From contig NC_010814.1 of assembly GCF_000020385.1 (NCBI RefSeq), forward strand, positions 120,001-152,000: DNA of 32,000 nt. The letters are read 5' to 3'. Below the pieces are notes generated by a model that worked only from the letters and a program-made list of their open reading frames with translations, was not told the origin of the DNA and did no database searches. The stretch is from Trichlorobacter lovleyi SZ. GTDB lineage: Bacteria; Desulfobacterota; Desulfuromonadia; Geobacterales; Pseudopelobacteraceae. The position numbers and the translations under genes are program-made. The first letter of the stretch is position 1; the number at the start of each line of letters is the position of its first letter. Positions 25,503 through 32,000 of this stretch are shown here, in pieces.

Positions 25503-25898
25503 TTACTTGCACAAAACTGTTATCTGCACCACAACATCGCTTTCTCCGTCAGCATACGTCAGCGTGTTTTGTACTCCTACGTTCTTGTCAATTGTAGTGC
25601 GGTCTGATCTGAATCCATGTTTTTTGTCCAAAGTCCAACAATTTAGAAAAGTTCCGCCTTTTAGATTTGGATTTCGCAGTTCACATTCGGCCTTTGCTGG
25701 TGCAAGAGAAAATGTGTAATTGCCACCAAATGGTTTTGCATCTAATGATACTTTTTCTGTGCCAACTATCGGCTTATCAAGGAACTTCCCAGTGGTAAGG
25801 CATTTTTCAATCGTGCACGTAATTTTGTCGGCAGAAAACCCAGAATTTGGAATGCTCACTAAGGATAAGATCATTACGATAAGGGAAATAATCCTCAT
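25503..25898 (-). CDS. small secreted hypothetical protein (131 aa) in the AT-richer islet
   Basis: ORF 25503..25985. I moved the start to ATG 25898 (MRIISLIVMILSLVSIPNSGFSA signal peptide). No family recognised. It lies 92 nt downstream of the disrupted HEPN-like gene on the same strand. Confidence 0.55.
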   Translation of the reverse strand: MRIISLIVMILSLVSIPNSGFSADKITCTIEKCLTTGKFLDKPIVGTEKVSLDAKPFGGNYTFSLAPAKAECELRNPNLKGGTFLNCWTLDKKHGFRSDRTTIDKNVGVQNTLTYADGESDVVVQITVLCK

Positions 25899-25989
25899 GT
25901 GCAGGCCTTTCTTGCTATTAATTGTTAATGGTATAACGGGGCTGAGGCACCACCGGCTTGACCGGTGTTGCCGATGGTTAGCCAATTCT

Positions 25990-26267
25990 TTACAGCAATA
26001 TTGACTCCTCTACCCTTCGGCATAGCAAGCTTGAAAATACAAGGTACTGTGCCGCAACATTTTGACTCGGATTCATATTCAGTGTGTGGGCTTTGGGATT
26101 CCTGACGCCTTGGTAAATGCCCAGCAACATTTGAATAAAGCCTTTTTGATCATTTCGGCCGGATTCAGTATCAAGAGTCGAGACTACGAGAATCGGTCTT
26201 TGAAGTGAAAACGTTTCAGTTACAAGCTCAGATCCGTCCTTATCAAGACCTGTACGCTCTCTTATAA
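25990..26267 (-). pseudogene. C-terminal fragment of an IS-disrupted TIGR02391/Abi_C-like (HEPN-type, R-x4-H) gene
   Basis: Hand translation from 26265 down gives IRERTGLDKDGSELVTETFSLQRPILVVSTLDTESGRNDQKGFIQMLLGIYQGVRNPKAHTLNMNPSQNVAAQYLVFSSLLCRRVEESILL*, with the stop at 25990-25992. It contains RNPKAH. There is no start codon of its own. Confidence 0.8.
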
Positions 26268-26269
26268 CA

Positions 26270-26307
26270 GGCTGTTGAAATTGAAGTAGTAAAAACAGCC
26301 TTTTTTT
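26270..26307 (+). terminator. terminator-like hairpin just inside the left IS end
   Basis: GGCTGTT (26270-26276) pairs with AACAGCC (26294-26300), followed by T7 (26301-26307), upstream of the transposase start. Confidence 0.5.
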
Positions 26308-26351
26308 AGTATATTTGTGCGCACAACACTCCGGTTTGATTGAGGAAAGTT

Positions 26352-27434
26352 ATGCGCGGAACTGATGTCCAGAATGAAGCTCTTTTTGCCTATGTGACGC
26401 CTGAGTCATTTGTACCCAAGGATCATCCCCTGCGTGCTATTCGCAGTATGGCTGATCAGGCACTTTCCGAGATGAGCCCGCTCTTTGACAGCATGTATGC
26501 CGATTCCGGTCGTTCTTCCATTGCCCCGGAGAAGCTGCTGAAAGCACAACTGCTGATGATACTGTTCAGCATCCGCAGTAACCGGCAACTGGTAGAGCAG
26601 ATCCGCTACAACTTCCTGTACCGCTGGTTCCTTGGCATGGGACTGGATGATGAAATCTGGGATCACTCCAGCTTCACTAAGAACCATGAACGGTTAATTG
26701 GCTCTGATGTGGCCGCAGAGTTTCTATCCCGTATCCTTGCTCAGGCAGAGCGCAAGCGTCTCCTGTCCCGAGAGCACTTCACCGTTGACGGCACCTTGAT
26801 TGAGGCATGGGCCTCCATCAAGAGCTTCAAGCCCAAAGACGGTCCGCCATCTGCCGGTGGTGGCAAAAATAAATCAGTTGATTTCAAAGGCAAACAACTC
26901 AAAAACGACACTCATTCTTCCAGCACTGATCCAAACGCCAGACTGTACCGCAAGGGCAACACCAAAGAGGCCAAGCTCTGCTACCAGGGACACACCTTGA
27001 TGGAGAATAGAAACGGTCTGATCGTCAAGACCAGCGTCACCACGGCAACCGGTACCGGAGAGCGTGAAGCCGCCAAGGCCATGATCAGACAATTGCCTCG
27101 TACTACCCGGCGTATCACCGTCGGTGCAGACAAAGGATACGACACCGAAGGCTTTGTCAAAGAGCTCAGGCAAATCAACGTCACGCCGCATGTGGCTCAG
27201 AACAACACCAGAAGGAAATCAGGCATTGATGGCAGAACCACCGCTCATCCGAATTACAGCATAAGCCAAAGGATCAGAAAACGGATCGAGGAAGGCTTTG
27301 GCTGGATGAAGACCATCGGCAGACTGAGAAAGACCATGTATCGAGGCATTGAGAAGATTGCCTGGCAGCTTGATCTCCATGCAGCGGCCTACAACCTGGT
27401 ACGCATGAAAAACCTGGGGCTCGGTGTCACCTGA
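26352..27434 (+). CDS. IS5/IS1182-type DDE transposase (DUF772 N-terminal region + DDE domain)
   Basis: The track ORF starts at TTG 26340. I prefer ATG 26352 (GAGGA 5 nt upstream). LRAIRSMADQAL...LLKAQLLMILFSIRSNRQLVEQIRYNFLYRWFLG is the InsH-like N-terminus. DDE candidates are VDGTLIEA, GADKGYD and RIEEGFGWMK. Confidence 0.88.
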   Translation: MRGTDVQNEALFAYVTPESFVPKDHPLRAIRSMADQALSEMSPLFDSMYADSGRSSIAPEKLLKAQLLMILFSIRSNRQLVEQIRYNFLYRWFLGMGLDDEIWDHSSFTKNHERLIGSDVAAEFLSRILAQAERKRLLSREHFTVDGTLIEAWASIKSFKPKDGPPSAGGGKNKSVDFKGKQLKNDTHSSSTDPNARLYRKGNTKEAKLCYQGHTLMENRNGLIVKTSVTTATGTGEREAAKAMIRQLPRTTRRITVGADKGYDTEGFVKELRQINVTPHVAQNNTRRKSGIDGRTTAHPNYSISQRIRKRIEEGFGWMKTIGRLRKTMYRGIEKIAWQLDLHAAAYNLVRMKNLGLGVT

Positions 27435-27592
27435 GAGCGGCAAATCGGCCTTGGGGTGCATCAAGCATAGGCAAATAAAGTTGAAAAAGAGCAACACAAC
27501 CGAAAACAGCGACATCTGAACAGCGAAGCAAACTTAAAAAATCAGCCGGCTGACTGGAACGGACTCAAATCGAGCCGATTTTCAACGACCTG

Positions 27593-28026
27593 ATAAGATC
27601 AAAAATTGTTACAACTGAATTCAAAACTGATTCTCTAAAGTGTCCTGTTTTGAAGTGAGCATAAGAAGAAACCACCACTCTTTGATGAAGTAGATCCAAG
27701 ATAGAGTAGCTAATATCCGAATATGGTTGTGCTGAGAAATAATCATCAACTGCATTCTCAAGCTTCGTTATGAGATCTCCCACGATCTTCCAAAGTGCTT
27801 GATAATCCCCTGTTGCGATCAATTGCTTAATTTCACCAATAACTGAGACATCAAGTCCAACTGGCCATATCCGCTCAATATCTGACAGCGATCTTGTTAG
27901 AACACTTGTAAGCGAAGCTGTCGCAAAACCTTCACCCTCTTGGAAATGAGCATCTATCAGTTCTCTGGTGTTTGCATTGAGGGCTCTAAGCGCCCTATTT
28001 AAGCCAATGTATTTTTGAATCATCAT
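27593..28026 (-). pseudogene. N-terminal fragment of the IS-disrupted TIGR02391/Abi_C-like gene
   Basis: Track ORF 27565..28026. Its last 7 codons (SLKIGSI*) are read from the IS end. The authentic part ends ...LHQRVVVSSYAHFKTGHFRESVLNSVVTIFDLI and continues seamlessly with RERTGLDKDG in the fragment at 25990-26267. Confidence 0.8.
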
Positions 28027-28112
28027 TATTCTCTCTTTTGGTTAACTCCTAATTGAACGGTTCACGTGCGCGCGTGAACCGGCCATCCTCCCAAATGGAA
28101 CAGTTCTTCAGC

Positions 28113-28692
28113 TCATCTTGATCCGGCGTGGCCTACGGCAGGCTCCCACAATCTCCTGATCGGGACGGCGAACAGGTCATCACCAAAAGGAACGGTTGAT
28201 TCTCCATCGTAGAGCACCACACCACCGGCAAAACGTTCTGCAACTGCTGCCTTCAGCTTGTGCAGCCCCTTGAAATCAGCCGGTGTGACGGTTGCTACAG
28301 CTTTTACCTCTATCCCGGCCAGGCGCTGGCCATCAGCTTCAAGTATCAGGTCTACCTCGACACCATCCTTGTCCCGGAAGTGCTAAAAGGTAATCTGCTC
28401 TTCATGCCAGCTTGCCTGTCGGCGCAGTTCCTGAAAAACAAAACTTTCAAGAAGCTGCCCCAAAAGTGCCCTGTCGTTGGCTAGGGTCTCAGCGCTTAGT
28501 CCCAACAGCGCACAGGCCACACCGGTGTCTCCCAGGTGCAGCTTGGCGGTCTGTCCGGCTGCCAGGGTAAGCAGGCGGGGCAACGCATCCATGGCGCTGA
28601 TGCGGGCCAGGTGCCAGTACAACCGGACTGTCGGCCAATGCCTCCAGCAGTCGTGGCTGGATATGGCGGGGGTAAAAGGGATGGTGTATCAT
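28113..28692 (-). pseudogene. degraded DUF4143-type AAA+ ATPase gene (internal deletion, frame change, in-frame TAG)
   Basis: N-terminal remnant MIHHPFYPRHIQPRLLEALADSPVVL (from 28692). The frame changes near 28620 into LARISAMDALPRLLTLAAGQTAKL...LLESFVFQELRRQASWHEEQITF. A TAG follows at 28383-28385, then the same frame continues HFRDKDGVEVDLILEADGQRLAGIEVKAVATVTPADFKGL... to TGA 28113-28115. The P-loop region is absent. Confidence 0.7.
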
Positions 28693-28969
28693 GCGGCTGA
28701 ATGTAAATTATTTGTCGTCTGATTGAAAGAATTGTGTGCGGCTAAATGAAAATGTTGCGATGGAAACAGCCGGTACAACAGGCTGCTTGCGTGCCAGGCA
28801 CGGGCAGGCCCGGCTGGGAGCCATGCAGCTGTCCGGCAGGAACTGCACCAATTCAATTCGTGATGGCACTGGGAGGGTTCTTGTATTTCAGCTGGCAGGA
28901 CGGGCGGACTGATGTGCTATACTCAGCAGTATGTCAGTGATGCCGTATCTCCATTGGTAGGGTCTTATT

Positions 28970-30133
28970 ATGCCGGAAATCGCCATTTACGCCGAGCTGC
29001 TGGACCAGAACGCCCGGGATCAGATCCGGTTGATCCAGGAGCATCCCGCCTTTGAAGGCAGGGTTGCCATCATGCCGGATGCCCATGCCGGGGCCGGTTG
29101 TGTGATCGGCTTTACCGGCAGGTTCGGCTGCGGGGTGATCCCCAACATTGTGGGGGTGGATATCGGTTGCGGCGTGGCAGCGGTTCCGCTGGCCAGACCG
29201 GGGCGGATCGATTTTGGTGCACTGGACCGCTTCATCCGTCAGCAGATCCCGCTGGGGATGACCTCCCGCAGAAACGACCGCTATCTGGCCGAGTGCGGTC
29301 TGTCCAAGGCGCTGGCCAGCCAGGCCACGACACTCTGCAGGCGGATTGAGACGGATTTCTACCGGGCTGAAAAGATCAGCAAATTCATCCTGCCGCTGCT
29401 GCAGCTGGGCACCCTGGGGGGCGGCAACCATTTCATCGAGATTGGCCGGGAGCAGTCCAGCGGAAGGCTGTACCTGATTGTCCATTCCGGCTCCCGCAAC
29501 CTGGGCAAGCGGGTGGCGGAGCAGTTTCAGGCCAGGGCGCGGCGCTTCACGGAACAACACCATATTCAGGTGCCGCGTGGTCTGGAGTATCTGCCGCAAC
29601 AGGAAGGGGGCGCCGACTACATTCACTGCATGCAGGCTGCCCAGGCCTATGCCCGGTTGAACCGGCGGATGATGCTGGCGATCATGCTGGGGTTCTTTGG
29701 GCAGGAACTGGATGAGACGCAGGTGGTGGAGTCGGTGCACAACTACATCTCGGAGCAGGATGGACTGGTGCGCAAGGGGGCCATCTCGGCCCATGCCGGT
29801 GAGGCGGTGATCATTCCGCTCAACATGGCAGACGGCACCATCCTGGGGACCGGCAAGGGGAACCCGGCGTACAACCGCTCGGCACCCCACGGCGCCGGAC
29901 GCCTGCATGGCCGCAAGGAGATGTTCCGCAGGCTGCAGGAGGGGCAGTTCAGCATGCGCCAGTATGCCGACTCCATGCAGCATGTCTTTTCCACCTCCAT
30001 CAGCCGTGACACCTTTGATGAAAGCAAGTTTGCCTACAAGCCGTTCGCTGCCATCGAGAAGCATCTGCAGGAAACGGTAGAGATCAAGCAGATCCTGCAG
30101 CCGGTCTACAACCTGAAGGCAGCCGGCGACTGA
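28970..30133 (+). CDS. rtcB: RtcB family RNA 3'-phosphate/2',3'-cyclic phosphate ligase
   Basis: 387 aa. Metal and nucleophile motifs are all present: MPDAHAGAGC, GGGNHFIE, HSGSRNLG, HNYIS, SAPHGAGR. Confidence 0.92.
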   Translation: MPEIAIYAELLDQNARDQIRLIQEHPAFEGRVAIMPDAHAGAGCVIGFTGRFGCGVIPNIVGVDIGCGVAAVPLARPGRIDFGALDRFIRQQIPLGMTSRRNDRYLAECGLSKALASQATTLCRRIETDFYRAEKISKFILPLLQLGTLGGGNHFIEIGREQSSGRLYLIVHSGSRNLGKRVAEQFQARARRFTEQHHIQVPRGLEYLPQQEGGADYIHCMQAAQAYARLNRRMMLAIMLGFFGQELDETQVVESVHNYISEQDGLVRKGAISAHAGEAVIIPLNMADGTILGTGKGNPAYNRSAPHGAGRLHGRKEMFRRLQEGQFSMRQYADSMQHVFSTSISRDTFDESKFAYKPFAAIEKHLQETVEIKQILQPVYNLKAAGD

Positions 30134-30687
30134 TGCGACTGTTTGTGGCCATAGAGCTGCCTGAGGCCGTGCAACAGCAGTTGTCGCTCCTGCACGCAGA
30201 ACTGACCGGGGTCCGCTGGGTGCGGCCGGAGCAGTTGCATCTGACGCTGGCCTTTCTGGGAGAGGTGGCCGAGGTACAGCTTGGTCAGCTCACCGAGGCA
30301 TTGGGGCAGATTCGTTGTCAGCCGTTTACCCTGCAGTTTGGCCGCTTGGGCTGTTTTCCCGACCAGCGGCATCCACGGGTCTTCTGGATCGGGCTGGAGC
30401 CCAATCCGGCCTTGCAACAGCTGGCCCAACAGGTACGGGCGGCGGTCAGGGCCTGCGGTATTACGCTGGAAGAACGTCTCTTCAGCCCCCATATTACCCT
30501 GGCCCGCCTCAAGGAGGCCGATCCCCGGCAAGTAGCAGCGCTGTTGACGCAGCAGCCCGTTTTGCCGGAGGTGGCGGTCGATGCATTTCTGCTGGTTCAG
30601 AGCAGCCTGTCAGCCCGGGGGGCGCAGCACCGGGTGCTGCGCAGGTTTGCTACTCCCCCGCACCCCACATGGCCCACTGCAGGTTGA
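30133..30687 (+). CDS. thpR: RNA 2',3'-cyclic phosphodiesterase, 2H phosphoesterase family (ThpR/LigT)
   Basis: 184 aa. MRLFVAIELPE start. Two H-x-T motifs, HLTLAF and HITLAR. The start overlaps the rtcB stop (TGATG at 30131-30135). Confidence 0.88.
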   Translation: MRLFVAIELPEAVQQQLSLLHAELTGVRWVRPEQLHLTLAFLGEVAEVQLGQLTEALGQIRCQPFTLQFGRLGCFPDQRHPRVFWIGLEPNPALQQLAQQVRAAVRACGITLEERLFSPHITLARLKEADPRQVAALLTQQPVLPEVAVDAFLLVQSSLSARGAQHRVLRRFATPPHPTWPTAG

Positions 30688-30806
30688 GCCGGGCATCATC
30701 TACCTCAAGCCGGGTCTTGACCCCGTATCGTTAGTCAAGCTACCCGGCTTATGGTAAATCGCCGCCGTGGTACTGCAACATGCAGAATGCCCGGCAAGAG
30801 CGCTGT

Positions 30807-31235
30807 TTAGAGATGAAAATCACCGGCAGCTTCCGGTTGATACAGGACTTTCTTGATCTTCAGCTTCCTGACACCCCCCGGCACGCTCCAACTGATCCGG
30901 TCGCCGGTGCGGTAACCGAACAGTGCGGTGCCGATCGGCGCCAGGATGGATATCTTGCCAAGGTTCAGATCAGCGTCTCCGGGAAAGACCAGGGTGTACT
31001 GCAGTTGTTCGCCCGAGTCGAGATCCTGCAGGCTTACCCTTGAATTCATGGTGACCACATCCGGTGGAACCCCTGTGGCATCAACAATCTCTGCCTTCAG
31101 CAGCTCCTGTTCAAGTTCCTCGATGTAACGACTGTCCCGTAATGAGCGGGTGACGCTGCTGTCAATCAGTTGCTCCAGGCGCTGCAGGTCAAAATCGGTG
31201 ATAAAAATCTGGCGTGGTACGATACTCTTTTTCAT
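30807..31235 (-). CDS. rnk: regulator of nucleoside diphosphate kinase (GreA/GreB C-terminal domain family)
   Basis: 142 aa. DVVTMNSRV...ISILAPIGTALFGYRTGDRISW..PGG....I..VLYQPEAAGDFHL closely parallels E. coli Rnk, including the YQPEAAGD C-terminus. Confidence 0.85.
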   Translation of the reverse strand: MKKSIVPRQIFITDFDLQRLEQLIDSSVTRSLRDSRYIEELEQELLKAEIVDATGVPPDVVTMNSRVSLQDLDSGEQLQYTLVFPGDADLNLGKISILAPIGTALFGYRTGDRISWSVPGGVRKLKIKKVLYQPEAAGDFHL

Positions 31236-31297
31236 GGTGATACCTTTCTGTCATAATTGCGGCATTGCTGGATGCCGGTTTGATAGTACAAGCCCTG

Positions 31298-32000
31298 TCA
31301 GGTCAGCAGGTTAAGCATCACCACTACCGGCAAGATGGCGCGGGCTCCTTCCACCACGCTGTCTCGCGGTTTTGGCGCCGTGACAACGTGTATGCCGGAA
31401 TGTTGTTCAAGGTAGCGGCTTAGTCCTGGGATCAGTGCCCCTCCTCCGGTGAGCAGGATGCCGTTTTCAATCACTTCACAGCCTGTTTCAGGCGAAAGAT
31501 CCTGCAAAAAATCGTCAATCAGCCCGGTAATGCTTTCCAGCACCGGCTGGAGCGAATGCCTGTCAGGGAGGCGGCCTGATTGCCGAAACGGTACGGGAGG
31601 CAGGCCGGTACGCATCTGGCCGCAGCCCACTCTGACGGCAGCGGTTGTCTGAATCCGGCTCATCTTGATCAAGGCGCAGTCGGTTACCCCTTCACCGATA
31701 TCCACCACCATCTGGGCATAGGGAGAAGAGACGTCGATGCCGGCCCCTACCGCGGCAGCCAGGGGCTCCGGTATGATCATGACCGACGATGCGCCGGCTT
31801 GCATGATCGCATCGTGGAGCCGTTGCCGCTCTTCCTGTGTGGCGTCGCTGGGGGCGCAGGCCAAGACACACGGTTTGACAATACCGAACAATCTGGTGCT
31901 GTCCAGGATCGGTCTGAGTATCTCGGCCACGGTTGCAGGGTCTACCACAACACCGCCACGCACCCCGGCCTTACTCCCCAGACAGGAGCAGTGCTCTATC
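31298..32000 (-). CDS. divergent MreB-like actin-fold ATPase; N-terminus beyond the right window edge
   Basis: The frame stays open to position 32000 (the track M at 31963 is a GTG). EPLAAAVGAGIDVSSPYAQMVVDIGEGVTDCALI and LLTGGGALIPGLSRYLEQHSGIHVVTAPKPRDSVVEGA match MreB phosphate/adenosine motifs. The segment between them is much shorter than in canonical MreB. Confidence 0.7.
   Translation of the reverse strand, partial: IEHCSCLGSKAGVRGGVVVDPATVAEILRPILDSTRLFGIVKPCVLACAPSDATQEERQRLHDAIMQAGASSVMIIPEPLAAAVGAGIDVSSPYAQMVVDIGEGVTDCALIKMSRIQTTAAVRVGCGQMRTGLPPVPFRQSGRLPDRHSLQPVLESITGLIDDFLQDLSPETGCEVIENGILLTGGGALIPGLSRYLEQHSGIHVVTAPKPRDSVVEGARAILPVVVMLNLLT

Larger units (their letters stand above)
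26268..27592 (+). mobile_element. IS5-superfamily insertion sequence (1325 bp) with imperfect terminal inverted repeats and a 4-bp target-site duplication
   Basis: IRL is CAGGCTGTTGAAAT (from 26268). The reverse complement of IRR is CAGGTCGTTGAAAAT (ends at 27592). ATAA flanks both ends (26264-26267 and 27593-27596). Removing the IS and one ATAA restores a 236-codon ORF in the host gene. Confidence 0.85.

Noticed and set aside
25356-25607. Short plus-strand ORFs downstream of the MFS gene
   Set aside because: They have no RBS, are Arg/Gly-rich, and overlap the end of the minus-strand secreted-protein gene. A weak hairpin, GAACGG-N7-CCGTTC (about 25447-25465), may simply be the MFS terminator.
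28864-28878. TGGCAC upstream of rtcB as a possible RtcR-type sigma-54 promoter
   Set aside because: The positions 12-15 nt downstream read GGGT rather than TTGC, so there is no GC at the -12 position. No RtcR-like activator gene is in the window.
28746-28940. 64-aa ORF in the gap upstream of rtcB as a possible small partner or leader peptide
   Set aside because: It has no RBS, its composition is Cys/Gly/Pro/Trp-rich and non-coding-like, and it crosses the palindrome. The gap itself remains unexplained and is flagged in the findings.
28934-30064. 376-aa minus-strand ORF antisense to rtcB
   Set aside because: The plus strand encodes a complete RtcB with all catalytic motifs. The antisense product is low-complexity with no recognisable features.
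1-32000. Search for rRNA, tRNA, CRISPR arrays, integrase or att sites, and riboswitch-like leaders (for example GEMM) across the window
   Set aside because: I saw no cloverleaf-like or rRNA-like segments, no regularly spaced repeats, no integrase ORF, and no recognisable riboswitch cores in the longer 5' regions. This was a by-eye scan only, so small RNAs cannot be excluded.

Overview
High-GC chromosomal segment whose gene content looks Geobacter/Desulfuromonadales-like (an inference; no search was run). All family names come from motifs I recognise in the translations.

Core (10.7-21.5 kb):
- A five-gene periplasmic membrane-bound [NiFe] uptake hydrogenase operon, hybS-hybA-hybB-hybL-hybP (14137-19788, +).
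- It is preceded by a well-formed sigma-54 -24/-12 element and two AATGTACAC repeats.
- It is divergent from an NtrC-type response regulator plus a periplasmic Cache-type histidine kinase (13913-10712, -).
- It is followed by a Cache-domain methyl-accepting chemotaxis protein.

Left third:
- Partial flavoredoxin-like gene and a TetR regulator with two related palindromic operators.
- lrgAB-like pair and a PaaI thioesterase.
- Split permease pair plus a PadR regulator.
- An acidic low-complexity protein and an FAD oxidoreductase.
- A MASE3-like/PAS histidine kinase plus a single-domain receiver.
- A MerR regulator preceded by a stand-alone copy of its own C-terminal domain.
- A small secreted protein.

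Right third:
- A cysteine-rich secreted orphan, Blc lipocalin, and a divergent LysR/MFS pair.
- A visibly AT-richer decaying islet. It holds a small secreted protein, a TIGR02391/Abi_C-like gene with an R-x4-H (HEPN-type) motif split cleanly by an IS5-superfamily element with a 4-bp target duplication, and a degraded DUF4143 ATPase gene.
- An intact, translationally coupled rtcB-thpR RNA-end-processing pair, then rnk, then a truncated-looking MreB-like gene running off the right edge.

I found no rRNA, tRNA or CRISPR array.

The most interesting signals are:
- The RNA-cutting/RNA-sealing neighbourhood (25990-30687).
- A ~90-bp relic of a paralogous kinase 3' end sitting in frame behind the receiver gene, together with a 2-nt indel in the intact kinase.
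- The MerR / domain-paralog pair with a 19-bp-spacer promoter.
- The sigma-54/Cache two-component control of the hydrogenase, with a related Cache sensor on the adjacent MCP.
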